Positions 1 to 10,036 of a stretch of 64,000 nucleotides of DNA are shown piece after piece. The translations under genes were made by a program, and so were the position numbers. The notes below the pieces were generated by a model. The model was not told where the DNA came from. It ran no database searches and saw only the letters and a program-made list of their open reading frames with translations. Source of the stretch: a virus. The DNA lies in IMG/VR virus record IMGVR_UViG_3300045988_079665; one strand, written 5' to 3'. The number at the start of each line of letters is the position of its first letter. The first letter of the stretch is position 1.

Positions 1-132
1 ACCTACACGGAAACTGGCAAGCTTGTCACAGACAATTTTGACATCGAGACGGCAAGCCCGGAGCAGCTGCGTGAGCGGCTTGCCGATACCGAGACGGCGG
101 CGAAAATCTTACTGGGGGAGGAAACGCCATGA
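1..132 (+). CDS. partial CDS, 3' end of a structural (tail-module) protein
   Basis: Frame 1 is open from the window edge to TGA at 130-132 (...PEQLRERLADTETAAKILLGEETP*). The stop overlaps the next ATG (ATGA). Confidence 0.4.
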   Translation, partial: TYTETGKLVTDNFDIETASPEQLRERLADTETAAKILLGEETP

Positions 133-527
133 CGTACACGGAGAGGGCACGAAAAATGCGCCCGTACATTGAAAAAGCAGCCACCAACCTAACCGATGAG
201 GATGCACTACAAGCGGTAAAGCTATTCCCACAGTGGGCAGTAGAACATACTTATGTGGTAGGTGAGCGGTTACAATACAAGAATGTACTATATCGAGTTG
301 TTCAAGCGCATACTTCACAAGCAGATTGGACACCTGATATTACACCCGCAATGTTTGCGATAGTTTCACTAGATGAATGGCCGGAATTTGTACAGCCTAC
401 TGGTGCGCATGATGCCTACAAAAAGGGTGACAAGGTGACGTTCAATGGTAAGCATTATATAAGCCTGATTGACGGAAATGTATATTCACCAACAGCGTAT
501 CCGGCTGGTTGGCAAGAACAGGCGTAA
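129..527 (+). CDS. tail-associated protein with two carbohydrate/chitin-binding (CBM5/12-like) repeats
   Basis: Two copies of the Y-x-x-G-[DE]-x-V-x-[YF]-x-G-x-x-Y...W pattern (YVVGERLQYKNVLYRVVQAHTSQADW; YKKGDKVTFNGKHYISLIDGNVYSPTAYPAGW). Lies in the tail-gene context. Confidence 0.6.
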   Translation: MTYTERARKMRPYIEKAATNLTDEDALQAVKLFPQWAVEHTYVVGERLQYKNVLYRVVQAHTSQADWTPDITPAMFAIVSLDEWPEFVQPTGAHDAYKKGDKVTFNGKHYISLIDGNVYSPTAYPAGWQEQA

Positions 528-601
528 ACGAAACAATATCCTCTATGGCTCAAATCGGGTTATAGAGGATAAATTTTAATCTAAATAGGATGTGATAATA
601 T

Positions 602-1414
602 ATGGAAACAATCAGAGCCGCAGATGGTGGCTATCTATTAAATTCAGACCAATTTAATTATACCAAGGATGCACAGGGTCGACCCGTGCTTAATGTAAAA
701 GACGTAGCTGGTGCTGGTGGGGCATCAGGTGATTTTAAGTCAGATGGTACAGTGCCTATGAGCGGCAACCTATATATGAATGGCAATAACATCATGGGCG
801 TTAAGTCTATTAGCAATACAGATAGCGGCATGGCTATCGAATCAGAGGTCAGCTTGAATAACCATAAAATCACTGACCTGCTTAACCCAACCGCTGACCA
901 AGATGCGGCAACCAAGGCATATGTAGACGAGCATAGTCTACTTGGTGATGATGGCATGATTGATAGTGATTTGAACATGAATGAGCATGGCATTGTCAAC
1001 GCACATAGAATCAGTACGGACGGCCCAGCTCCATTATATATTGGCTCAACCATTGAACCGACCGGTACAACCGCGCCTAGATTGACTGGCTCTAATGATG
1101 GAACGGCGGCATTCGTCAAGGCTGATACACAGGCTACTTATGTACCTGTTAGTGTAGGCGCGCCAACATCAACAAATCATGCTACTACTAAAGAATATGT
1201 GGATGGCAAGACAGGCGCAATCCAAGCTAGTGCAATCCTTAAATCAGGTGGCACTATGGTAGGCAAGCTTAAGCTAACAGCTGAACCAACTGAGGATAAT
1301 GATGCAGTTGATAAGGGATATGTTGACGCTATTCTACCAGCATTTACGGCTGCTGATGATGGTAAGGTGTTAGGCATCGTAAACGGCGCATTAGCATGGG
1401 TTGCTAAAGCATAA
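602..1414 (+). CDS. tail fibre protein with phage tail-fibre repeats
   Basis: Three xTKxYVD-type repeats (ATKAYVDEH, TTKEYVDGK, AVDKGYVDAI). Gly/Thr/Ser-rich, 270 aa. Confidence 0.65.
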   Translation: METIRAADGGYLLNSDQFNYTKDAQGRPVLNVKDVAGAGGASGDFKSDGTVPMSGNLYMNGNNIMGVKSISNTDSGMAIESEVSLNNHKITDLLNPTADQDAATKAYVDEHSLLGDDGMIDSDLNMNEHGIVNAHRISTDGPAPLYIGSTIEPTGTTAPRLTGSNDGTAAFVKADTQATYVPVSVGAPTSTNHATTKEYVDGKTGAIQASAILKSGGTMVGKLKLTAEPTEDNDAVDKGYVDAILPAFTAADDGKVLGIVNGALAWVAKA

Positions 1415-1434
1415 TATAGGGAGGAGAATGAAAT

Positions 1435-1968
1435 ATGGCTAATTTTTGTGGTGGTATAAGACTAGATTCAACCACACTCAAAGTTATTAACGGGGTGATT
1501 TGTGATGCAAATGCAACAACTGTTGATAGAAGTAAAGCAGTATCTACTTGCGGTCAGCTCTGGGATGGCGCATTATTTACCGTTGCTAAAGTTGGTGGCG
1601 CTGGTTATATCACTCTACATGGTTCGGAAGGCGAAGAAATTGGTACTCCTATTATGGGTAGGGGTAATTGCGGCGTTGGTCTTGATGGGCGCTTTTTCAA
1701 GGTTGTAAAGGGCGTAGTTACGTTACAGGATGGCTTCTTACTTACCGTTAATGTAACGCCTGATACCGCAAGCATTAAAGTAGTAGATGCTGATTCTGTT
1801 GAAGTTACACCAGTTGCTGGGAAAACCAATGTGTTCTTGCTTAGTGATATTGGTGATAAATATGGAGTTAATGTTGAAAAGGAAGGCTATACCGGTAAGC
1901 ACTTGACCATTACCAACGATAAAGATCAAACGCTTGATATTCAGCTTGAGGAGACACCTCAGACGTAA
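1435..1968 (+). CDS. tail fibre-associated / receptor-binding accessory protein (hypothetical)
   Basis: RBS GGGAGGAG lies upstream. A beta-rich C-terminal segment resembles carboxypeptidase-regulatory/PEGA-like folds. It is the last gene of the plus-strand block. Confidence 0.5.
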   Translation: MANFCGGIRLDSTTLKVINGVICDANATTVDRSKAVSTCGQLWDGALFTVAKVGGAGYITLHGSEGEEIGTPIMGRGNCGVGLDGRFFKVVKGVVTLQDGFLLTVNVTPDTASIKVVDADSVEVTPVAGKTNVFLLSDIGDKYGVNVEKEGYTGKHLTITNDKDQTLDIQLEETPQT

Positions 1969-2008
1969 AATTTTATAAAAGGTATATTATAGAGGTTAAT
2001 ATAAATTT

Positions 2009-2060
2009 ATGGGGAACATTGGATAGATAATTATGTCTACCGTGTTCCCCATTTTTTTTA
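2009..2060 (+). terminator. rho-independent terminator at a convergent gene junction
   Basis: ATGGGGAACA (2009-2018) pairs with TGTTCCCCAT (2043-2052), followed by T8 (2052-2059). Confidence 0.7.
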
Positions 2061-2366
2061 CTATGTTAATTTATCTTCACAAGCAATAGCATCCGCTAGT
2101 CCGCGTCTATATCCATCCTCATAGCCAGCGTCATATCGTTCTTGAGCGGCTTCTTCGCGTCCATCTTCAAGACCATTTAAGTATGCCTCATCGCAGCTGA
2201 CAATCTCAACGTCCAGATTCTCATATTTAGCCATCTCAGCATTATGTCTATTGCATAAATCCTCTAATGTAGCAACCATAATAGAATCGAGCCGTTTACA
2301 TAAATATAATGTTTCCGCGTCATCTAGCAATTCATAATAATCACCAATGCGTCTAAATTTCCACAT
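2061..2366 (-). CDS. hypothetical protein
   Basis: ORF track. Last gene of the tightly packed minus-strand train; acidic, 101 aa. Confidence 0.5.
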   Translation of the reverse strand: MWKFRRIGDYYELLDDAETLYLCKRLDSIMVATLEDLCNRHNAEMAKYENLDVEIVSCDEAYLNGLEDGREEAAQERYDAGYEDGYRRGLADAIACEDKLT

Positions 2367-2368
2367 TA

Positions 2369-2593
2369 CTAATCATCCTCTTCGTCCATTTCATCATAGG
2401 CTGTCATATATCCTATGCCATACCCCATACTATAATTACCTACACAAATAGTCAACAAATCATACCACATAGCAACTGTATCTTCTGTTGTTGTCATAGA
2501 TGTTTCGACAATAGGCTCATTGTCTGGATGGGCTAAATCAATGAGTTCAATCCATGACTCGTTATCTGTAATATGTAGAGTAGGGATAATCAT
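2369..2593 (-). CDS. hypothetical protein
   Basis: ORF track; 2-nt gaps to both neighbours. Confidence 0.5.
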   Translation of the reverse strand: MIIPTLHITDNESWIELIDLAHPDNEPIVETSMTTTEDTVAMWYDLLTICVGNYSMGYGIGYMTAYDEMDEEDD

Positions 2594-2595
2594 AA

Positions 2596-3111
2596 TTAAG
2601 TACCACTAGAGCCAAATCCACCATCCCCGCGCTCTGTTTCATCTAGCTTATCCACTAGTTCAAATTCAGCCTGTTCATATGGTCTAAATTCAAGCTGGGC
2701 AATGCGGTCGCCATTGTTGATAAATTGATATTTGTCTGTATCATTGTGGACTGCTACAATATACTCGCCCACGTAATCACAATCACAGACCCCCAAACAA
2801 TTCGCCGGTCTTAAACCATTCTTAGTAGCTAATCCAGACCGTGCATAGATGAATCCTGCATAACCTTCAGGTGGCTGAAATGCCCATCCGGTAGGAATCT
2901 TAATCGTCTCGTGTGGCGCAATGTGTACCCTATCAAAGCAATCACCGCTATATTCCATATGCTTGAAATCGACATTTGCAGGATTTAGGTCAATACACTT
3001 ATCCACTCTTAGATCACAATACAAGTCGCAACATGCCGCTTTTTCACTACCATAAGTAGGTAGCTTGGCGGTATCCGATAGTCGCTTTGCTTTAATCTTC
3101 ATTTGGTTCAT
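2596..3111 (-). CDS. dut: dUTP diphosphatase (trimeric dUTPase)
   Basis: Motifs ARSGLA, GVCDCDYVGE and C-terminal RGDGGFGSSG. Confidence 0.85.
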   Translation of the reverse strand: MNQMKIKAKRLSDTAKLPTYGSEKAACCDLYCDLRVDKCIDLNPANVDFKHMEYSGDCFDRVHIAPHETIKIPTGWAFQPPEGYAGFIYARSGLATKNGLRPANCLGVCDCDYVGEYIVAVHNDTDKYQFINNGDRIAQLEFRPYEQAEFELVDKLDETERGDGGFGSSGT

Positions 3112-3715
3112 ATCCTCTCTGTGTTAGTTCTAGGAAGCGTGGTAGCGTTTCGCAAAAATCACAAAACACCTGCCAGTCAGTAAGGGCGTGATGCCGTCTT
3201 TGCTGATAGATTGTTTTAAGCTGTCTATAATTTGTAGTCATTGCAGCTGTAAGCTCAAAGCCGCTAGGGATGTTATATAGCATCTCAAGCCGAGCTTCTT
3301 TTATTTCATCTGGATTGATATTATATTCTGGCTTTTTATTCGTAGCAACTAGCCAATTATAGTGGTCGATCTTTTCTTGTAGAATATCAATAGCTCTGTG
3401 GTCAACATAGCGATTGCATTGCAATCTGGGGTTCATATTCTGTAGTTTGTGCATTGTAGAGCAAGATGAGACGAAATCCATGAAGTGGTATCTTTGCAAT
3501 TCTACCCATGCCTTCTGGCTAAATGTAAGGTCGAATTGGACAATAATACCATTTAGAGCATTATCGTGTCCTTCACCTGTTGGGCAATTCAAGCAAGCCA
3601 AAATACCCTTAGTAAGCTCGGCGGTCAAGCCGTCAAGCTCAACCGCCTTTGGATACTTAGCTGCTCTAATGGAATCATTTAGTGCATATACACGAACATT
3701 AGATACATTAGGCAA
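3092..3715 (-). CDS. ThyX-like (flavin-dependent thymidylate synthase fold) protein with a degenerate catalytic signature
   Basis: LQRYHFMDFVSSCSTMH occupies the place of RHRxxSxxxxSxR. NYRQLKTIYQQRRHHALTDWQ resembles the ThyX NxRxLxHxxxLR...AQxEIR segment. Confidence 0.45.
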   Translation of the reverse strand: MPNVSNVRVYALNDSIRAAKYPKAVELDGLTAELTKGILACLNCPTGEGHDNALNGIIVQFDLTFSQKAWVELQRYHFMDFVSSCSTMHKLQNMNPRLQCNRYVDHRAIDILQEKIDHYNWLVATNKKPEYNINPDEIKEARLEMLYNIPSGFELTAAMTTNYRQLKTIYQQRRHHALTDWQVFCDFCETLPRFLELTQRGYEPNED

Positions 3716-3973
3716 TTAGTAGTCCTCCTCATCATATTCAGCTAGAACATCCTCTGTAATATCATGGCATTCTACATCCACTAGATATAGGTCATCGCCA
3801 TCATAGCAATCAGGTGAATATGTCACCATGTCAACCTCTACACAGGTATCATCATCGACCCATACACGCTCACCAATACGGAGGATAATCATACGTGCGG
3901 CATGAGTATATGACCATTCATGACCTTTGCATTCCACATTATCATCAATAAAATATCTTAGCAGAAATTCCAT
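3716..3973 (-). CDS. hypothetical protein
   Basis: ORF track; abuts the upstream gene; acidic C-terminus. Confidence 0.5.
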   Translation of the reverse strand: MEFLLRYFIDDNVECKGHEWSYTHAARMIILRIGERVWVDDDTCVEVDMVTYSPDCYDGDDLYLVDVECHDITEDVLAEYDEEDY

Positions 3974-3977
3974 TTAA

Positions 3978-4202
3978 TCAATCCTCCCAATCATATGGCT
4001 TGCAGAAATAGCTAATTTCGTTTGTCGCAACATATTTCTGTAGTACTACATACATTTCCTGCTCATCTTCATCGGCGTCAATAGGCAGATATACCAAATC
4101 ACCCTTATTTGGTTCGCCCATTAAGTCTAGTTCATCACATGAACAAATCCAGTCCTCATTACCTAGTCTGCCTAGATAGAAATTGATACGATTTTCTGTC
4201 AT
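3978..4202 (-). CDS. hypothetical protein
   Basis: ORF track; in the gene train. Confidence 0.5.
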   Translation of the reverse strand: MTENRINFYLGRLGNEDWICSCDELDLMGEPNKGDLVYLPIDADEDEQEMYVVLQKYVATNEISYFCKPYDWED

Positions 4203-4215
4203 TTCAGTTTACTCC

Positions 4216-6528
4216 TTATTCACATTTTGTATATCCACAGGATTTACAGGTGCAGCAACCGCCTTCAAATACTAGAGGTTCGCCACATTCAGGGCAAGTC
4301 TGTCCAATATCTCTAAGTGCACTGGCTATTTCATTCATTGATTTAGTTGTCTTTGCTGATGCTTCTTCTAGTTCTTTGAACGTGGCATTAAGTTTGGATA
4401 ATAGTGTATCATCTTCTTTATCATCTAGCTCACTCTGCATCTCATTATACATCTCTACTAGAGCATTACCAATAGCCATAGGGCAACACGAGCCTTTACT
4501 TGTATCATGGTGAGTTGCCTTTCTAGTAGCATAAGATGGGCATACACCAGTTGAATCAAGCTGGTCTTTGATGGTCATAATATCCACACCAGCACGGCAT
4601 AGTAGGCTGACCATTCGGCTTAGACCTGTCATGAAATTAGCACATCCACCTGTCGAGCCTTTATTGAAATATACCTCTTGTAAATTGCCGTCAATTGGGT
4701 CAAAGAATGCTAGAACGTGAAGTGAACCGCATCCTGTCTGGATTTTACGCTTTTTGCCAATCAGGTCATTACTTGGTTCGATGATTGAGCCACGAGGAAG
4801 GATAGTAGATGTATTTTCTGGCTTAGCTTCATCATCTTTCTTTGGTTCTGCATTTAGAATACCAGCTCTTTTGCATCCAGCACGATATACTGTAATGCCC
4901 TTTAGATGTTTCTCCCAAGCATACATATATAGGTCTTTTACATCGTCTACTGTCGCTTCGTTTGGCAGATTAACAGTAGAGCTAATGCTTGCATCAATAT
5001 GTTTCTGCCATACTGACTGCATATCAATGCGCCGCTTGATAGGAATGGTAGCAGATGTAACAAAATAGGATGGTAGCCCAAGTTCGTCTTTAATACCATT
5101 ATCGTCCATATATTCCTTAACGATTGGTGTATATACCTTATACACCTCATCATGCCCATGCAGGGATTTTGTAGTGCGCTCATAGTAGTTAGCAAATATT
5201 GGTTCAATGCCACCAGATACGCCAATCATTGTGCTAATAGAGCCAGTTGGCGCGATTGTTAATAGTTGGCTATTGCGTAGTCCATTCATATGAATCAATA
5301 GCTTGGCTTCATTATCATCAGCTTTAATATGTTCAGTAAAGAATGGTGATGTGGTTACTTTATCAATGTCCCAATTATAGTAACAGCCTATATCTTTAGC
5401 TACTTTAGCACTCGCTACAATGGCATTACGAGCCATAGAATAGCCAATGGAATCACATAGAGTGATAGAATCAGGAGAGCCGTATTCAATACCTAGCTTA
5501 ATTAGCATATCGGCTAGTCCCATGATGCCAAGTCCAATCTGCCGCCAATCTCTTACTGTTTTGCGCTGTTCAGCTAGTGGATGCCGCTCAAGCCCCTCAT
5601 CAAGCACATCATTCAATGTTCTAACTGCAATATTTACAGTTCTGTTAAAATCATCCCAGTCAAACTTGCCGTTATCGGCAAATGCAGATAGGTTGATTGC
5701 ACCAAGTAGACATGAGCCTCCTGCTGGTAGTGGTTCTTCTGCGCAGGGATTTACACCAGCATATTCAAATTCCTTATCGTTACTTACCAGATTCCAGTTG
5801 GCAATTCTATCCCAATAGAGAATACCTGGCTCGGCATAATCCCAATTATTACGGCATAACAGGTCAAAAATATCTCGCGCTTTTACTGTTTTCTTGATTT
5901 CTTCGCCTGTTTCATTGCGCTTATAGTATAGTTCCCAATCTTCATCATTTTTAACTGCAACCATAAAACGGTCTGTAACGCGAACTGAGATATTAGCAGA
6001 TGTTACTTTGTTCAAGTCGGATTTGATCGTAATGAATTTTTCGAGGTCTGGATGGGTGCAATCAATGCTAATCATCAATGCACCACGTCTACCATTCTGA
6101 CCAATCTGTTCTGTGACTTGACTGAATGTGTCCATAAAGCTGACTGCACCAGATGTGGATTTGGCTTGATTATTTACCTTTGCACCACATGGAGCAAGTT
6201 TGCTGATATCAATGCCGCAGCCTCCACCATATGAGTAAGTTCTAGCCAGCTTCTTAGCAGTATCATAAATTGACTCAATGTTATCTTCAGGTGGAGTGAT
6301 AACATAACAATTACTATATGTTACCTTTTCATCATCAATGCCGCGATTGCTCAAGATGCGTCCACCGAACAAGAATTTCTTATGAACAATAAGCTCTACT
6401 ACATCTGCGTCGCCACCACTTACACGCTCAAGCCAATCTTCAAAAGATTCCCCATTACGTTGATATTTCTTTTTCCAGATGTCAATACCAAGCTGATTTT
6501 CTTTGCCTAGCCATTCTTCAACAAACAA
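4216..6528 (-). CDS. nrdJ: class II (adenosylcobalamin-dependent) ribonucleotide reductase
   Basis: 770 aa. Has NPCAEEPLPAGGSCLLGAINLS, TVNLPNEATVDDV and a C-terminal CPECG...CKSCG zinc ribbon. No beta subunit gene is nearby. Confidence 0.9.
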   Translation of the reverse strand: MFVEEWLGKENQLGIDIWKKKYQRNGESFEDWLERVSGGDADVVELIVHKKFLFGGRILSNRGIDDEKVTYSNCYVITPPEDNIESIYDTAKKLARTYSYGGGCGIDISKLAPCGAKVNNQAKSTSGAVSFMDTFSQVTEQIGQNGRRGALMISIDCTHPDLEKFITIKSDLNKVTSANISVRVTDRFMVAVKNDEDWELYYKRNETGEEIKKTVKARDIFDLLCRNNWDYAEPGILYWDRIANWNLVSNDKEFEYAGVNPCAEEPLPAGGSCLLGAINLSAFADNGKFDWDDFNRTVNIAVRTLNDVLDEGLERHPLAEQRKTVRDWRQIGLGIMGLADMLIKLGIEYGSPDSITLCDSIGYSMARNAIVASAKVAKDIGCYYNWDIDKVTTSPFFTEHIKADDNEAKLLIHMNGLRNSQLLTIAPTGSISTMIGVSGGIEPIFANYYERTTKSLHGHDEVYKVYTPIVKEYMDDNGIKDELGLPSYFVTSATIPIKRRIDMQSVWQKHIDASISSTVNLPNEATVDDVKDLYMYAWEKHLKGITVYRAGCKRAGILNAEPKKDDEAKPENTSTILPRGSIIEPSNDLIGKKRKIQTGCGSLHVLAFFDPIDGNLQEVYFNKGSTGGCANFMTGLSRMVSLLCRAGVDIMTIKDQLDSTGVCPSYATRKATHHDTSKGSCCPMAIGNALVEMYNEMQSELDDKEDDTLLSKLNATFKELEEASAKTTKSMNEIASALRDIGQTCPECGEPLVFEGGCCTCKSCGYTKCE

Positions 6529-6543
6529 TAAATCGTCCTCCTT

Positions 6544-6723
6544 TTAATTCTCCTTAACATGAATAACAATATTTGGCTTATTGGTATTCATATCAATTAC
6601 TGTGTCAATGTGGTCAACATCATATAGCTGGGTTCCAATATGAATGCGAATAGGGGTATATTCATTTACGTCCTTTTGTCGAAATGTTCTAATAAACGCA
6701 TCCTCAATTTCGATTGGATTCAA
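6544..6723 (-). CDS. small hypothetical protein (59 aa, TTG start)
   Basis: Hand translation. GGAGGT RBS at 6731-6736, TTG at 6723, TAA at 6544-6546. Below the ORF-track cutoff. Confidence 0.35.
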   Translation of the reverse strand: MNPIEIEDAFIRTFRQKDVNEYTPIRIHIGTQLYDVDHIDTVIDMNTNKPNIVIHVKEN

Positions 6724-6751
6724 TTACATTACCTCCTTGTCATATATATTA

Positions 6752-6937
6752 TCACGATTCAGTTGATTTGTCAAGCAATTTCTTTAATATCTTCAGAAAT
6801 TCTGGACAAAGCAAACATTCAGTCTTACTATACTCATTTGCTCTACATACTGCACATACTCTAGTCGGCTCACCGCGCATCTCACCTACTGGAATAGACA
6901 ATTTGAAAGTACATTCTTTTAGTTCATGGTGGTTCAT
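6752..6937 (-). CDS. hypothetical Cys-containing small protein
   Basis: ORF track; ATGA overlap with the upstream gene at 6934-6937. Confidence 0.45.
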   Translation of the reverse strand: MNHHELKECTFKLSIPVGEMRGEPTRVCAVCRANEYSKTECLLCPEFLKILKKLLDKSTES

Positions 6938-7275
6938 TCCTCATCCTCCTTATCCATCAATTTATTCACAGCATCAACAAGTTCATTGATTTTATTCTTT
7001 AGTGCGCTAAGTTGTTTTATTGTAGCATCGACAGAAGCGTTGTAATTAAGTGGCTCAATTTCCTTCTTTTCTTTCTTAGTGAAATCGTATGCGCCGATAC
7101 GGAGAAAATTATTTGTGATATTTAAGTCATCAACTCTAAAATATCCACTATCTCCATCGCTATAGCATACGCGAACTGCGATATTATCATCTTCCAAATC
7201 ATTGATACCATCAATATATCCGATAAATCCAGCCCTTGTCTTTACATAATCTCCTACATGAAATTCATAATTCAT
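6934..7275 (-). CDS. hypothetical protein
   Basis: ORF track; abuts 7276. Confidence 0.5.
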   Translation of the reverse strand: MNYEFHVGDYVKTRAGFIGYIDGINDLEDDNIAVRVCYSDGDSGYFRVDDLNITNNFLRIGAYDFTKKEKKEIEPLNYNASVDATIKQLSALKNKINELVDAVNKLMDKEDEE

Positions 7276-7596
7276 TTAATCATTGTCCTCCTTTTCACAT
7301 CTTTCACCAAGCCCACCTAGAATCATAGCATAAATTTCTAAGAATTTATTGGTAATACCAGTGGTAATCTTAGCCATATTAGCCATCGTCCCATCATCTT
7401 TTGACCAATCCCAACCATGCCATGCACATTCACTCTGCCAGTAGTCAAGATAGAAAATCTTGTTGTCATAGAGCTTTTCGATGATTGGCTTTAGATCACG
7501 TAGATTATCACGCACACCTGTCATAGTAACAGGCTTGTAGCCATTATCGTCAATCATCTTATTAATTTTATCAGCGGAATAAGTAAATGGGTTCAT
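7276..7596 (-). CDS. hypothetical protein
   Basis: ORF track; 4-nt overlap with the helicase gene. Confidence 0.5.
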   Translation of the reverse strand: MNPFTYSADKINKMIDDNGYKPVTMTGVRDNLRDLKPIIEKLYDNKIFYLDYWQSECAWHGWDWSKDDGTMANMAKITTGITNKFLEIYAMILGGLGERCEKEDND

Positions 7597-9749
7597 TTAA
7601 TCAACATCTCCTTTAATTCAGTGTCGCGGATTTTCTCCTCTTGTATCTTTAATCCCTCTTGAATAGCCGCCTCATCTCCAATCAATATTAGCCGCTCTTG
7701 TGCTCGTGATACCGCTGTATAGCACAAGTTACGGCTTAGCATCCTTACATGGCTTCTATCAATCACTACAATTACAGCCTTTGCTTGGCTACCTTGGCAG
7801 CTATGAATAGAAATTGCATATGCTAATAGTGTATTTTTGATATGCGCCTTATCTACTATACAATCGCCGCAATCATATCGCACAATCATATATGGCTCTT
7901 TTTCATCAGGCATAATTTCCATTACTGTGCCAATATCTCCATTAGCTACAAAAGCGGTATCGTCATCATCAATAAGCGGCATAGAATATTCATTCTTTTT
8001 GTTGATTACCTTATCATCAACCTTGAAATAGATAGGTATATTATTGACCGTATGCCCAACCGTGCTTAATTCATTTGGATTGAATTTGGCTTGAATCGCC
8101 GCATTGATAGCCAATGAGCCAACCTCACCCTTATTGAATGGAGATAGAATCAACACATCATCCTTACCATATCCATCTGCTAATATCCGCGTATATTCTT
8201 GTTCAATTTGATTGATTACTAATGTATCAGTTTCAATGAACTTATAATCTGTGAAAGTATCTGTCAGATGTTCATTTACTCCATTTCGTACATCAGTAGC
8301 TATGGTAATAATGCCAGATGTGTTATATCTGAACACTTTAGTCAAGTTGCATACGGGCACTATGCCGCTATTAAGCATATCCTCAACAATGTTGCCACAA
8401 GCAATAGATGCGAGCTGAGATGGGTCGGCTATGAAGATGATTTTAGTGCGATCTGTTACCTTATCAAATAGCATTGATAGTAGATGGACGCTAACCATAC
8501 CCATTTCATCAATTAGCACATAATCGCCCAGATTTCCGCCACAAGTCAGGAACATATGTATTGTGCTTGCTTCACGTCCTGTTGCTTCTCTTAACCTCTT
8601 TGCCGCGATTCCAGTTGGGGATAACAAGGTATAAGTATAATTATTGGCTTCTAGCATCTCAATAATTGCCTTAGTGGTAGCTGATTTGCCAACGCCAGCA
8701 CTACCAGTCAGCATCATCACATCTTGCTTACAAGCCATTTCAAGAATCTGCGCCTGTTCATCTGTCAGCTCTAATCCGTCTACACTTGTAAACTTCTGCC
8801 AATCCATAGGATAATAATGTGGATTGGCTATTTTTTTCTTGATAACATCAGCAATATGCTGTTCAGCACTATATGTGGCTTGTAGAGCCGTGTTTTGGCT
8901 AGATGCGTCATAGTGTACTTGCGCCGATTTCGTCACAACATCGAGGAGGTGATGAACGCACTGAGGCGCTTTCTGCTTAACCATATCAAATAGCATCTTG
9001 GCTTGCATCCTTGTATTGCCGTCCAGCTCATTATGCTTTAGAGCATATATAGTAGCCGCTTCACATCGTTCATAGCTATCCAACCAAATTGCTGTTTTAT
9101 TGATTATTGCCCTATCTGCCCTATTAAAAGACCACTCAAGCAAGTTAATCATAACAGCATATGGATTAGTATTTATATCCTTGCTGAATCCATATACATT
9201 TTTATATGTTGCAGCGATTTTGTTTATATCCTCATCGTTCTCAATGCCCCAAGCGTATGTTTCACCCATAAATTCAACACGTTTGTTAATCGTCTTGATT
9301 TTATTAATATATCTTGGCAAAAGCACCTTGCCTACACCACGAATTTTTTTATAGTCAAGCTTGGCTTCTTCACCATTTAACACCATACTGACAAAATGAG
9401 GATATGCGGCATGACATGATTCAGCTTGCCCATTGGTCATTAAGCTGCGTAACGTTTGCAATTCGGCTTTTTCAGTCAAGTTGAATTTGCCATCTTTAGC
9501 CACAAATCCAGCAAAGCCAATGAATTTATAGCTATATTTGTACTTGTCATCCTCACATGGCTCTATAATACAATCAATAGATTGCCCCATTTTTAAGTCA
9601 GCAATCCCAGTTCCTTTTAGGCTGATTGTGCCATATTGAGGGTGACATTCTATTGATTCATCCTTAGTGCGACATGATATAATTGAGAAATTGGATTCAG
9701 GATTATTGAATATCATACGCATTGGGGTTAATTTTACTGTTTGCATCAA
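7593..9749 (-). CDS. RecD-like SF1 DNA helicase
   Basis: Walker A GSAGVGKSAT, Walker B VLIDEMGM, and C-terminal SIHSCQGSQA and YTAVSRAQERL motifs. Confidence 0.85.
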   Translation of the reverse strand: MMQTVKLTPMRMIFNNPESNFSIISCRTKDESIECHPQYGTISLKGTGIADLKMGQSIDCIIEPCEDDKYKYSYKFIGFAGFVAKDGKFNLTEKAELQTLRSLMTNGQAESCHAAYPHFVSMVLNGEEAKLDYKKIRGVGKVLLPRYINKIKTINKRVEFMGETYAWGIENDEDINKIAATYKNVYGFSKDINTNPYAVMINLLEWSFNRADRAIINKTAIWLDSYERCEAATIYALKHNELDGNTRMQAKMLFDMVKQKAPQCVHHLLDVVTKSAQVHYDASSQNTALQATYSAEQHIADVIKKKIANPHYYPMDWQKFTSVDGLELTDEQAQILEMACKQDVMMLTGSAGVGKSATTKAIIEMLEANNYTYTLLSPTGIAAKRLREATGREASTIHMFLTCGGNLGDYVLIDEMGMVSVHLLSMLFDKVTDRTKIIFIADPSQLASIACGNIVEDMLNSGIVPVCNLTKVFRYNTSGIITIATDVRNGVNEHLTDTFTDYKFIETDTLVINQIEQEYTRILADGYGKDDVLILSPFNKGEVGSLAINAAIQAKFNPNELSTVGHTVNNIPIYFKVDDKVINKKNEYSMPLIDDDDTAFVANGDIGTVMEIMPDEKEPYMIVRYDCGDCIVDKAHIKNTLLAYAISIHSCQGSQAKAVIVVIDRSHVRMLSRNLCYTAVSRAQERLILIGDEAAIQEGLKIQEEKIRDTELKEMLIK

Positions 9750-10006
9750 TCCTGTTCCTCAATCAGCAGTTGTTCCCATCTATCAATAATAATTTCCATC
9801 AGCTTGGTTGCTCCAAACGCTGGTTCCCAGCCCTCATTGTATATTACTTCAAATCCGGCACAATCAACAAATGTAATCCAACGATATTTTGTAGCCGTTA
9901 CCTTAAACTCATTATTACCTGTTACACTTACATTTGCTTTCAGTAAGCTATTACAGATATGGCATACGGCATCTAGCCATGCTTCATAGGTCAATACATC
10001 TTGCAT
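9746..10006 (-). CDS. hypothetical protein
   Basis: ORF track. First gene behind the promoter at 10037-10065. Confidence 0.5.
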   Translation of the reverse strand: MQDVLTYEAWLDAVCHICNSLLKANVSVTGNNEFKVTATKYRWITFVDCAGFEVIYNEGWEPAFGATKLMEIIIDRWEQLLIEEQD

Positions 10007-10036
10007 TAAAACAACCTCCTGTTCTTTGATAAATCA

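Noticed and set aside
658-1119. Long antisense ORFs opposite confident genes. Examples are 658-1119(-), 4250-4513(+), 5447-5818(+), 30505-30894(+), 55581-56221(-) and 59600-59968(-).
   Set aside because: - They lie entirely within, and antisense to, genes with strong motif support.
- They have no RBS and low-complexity Ser/Leu/Ile-rich translations.
- They are shadow ORFs.
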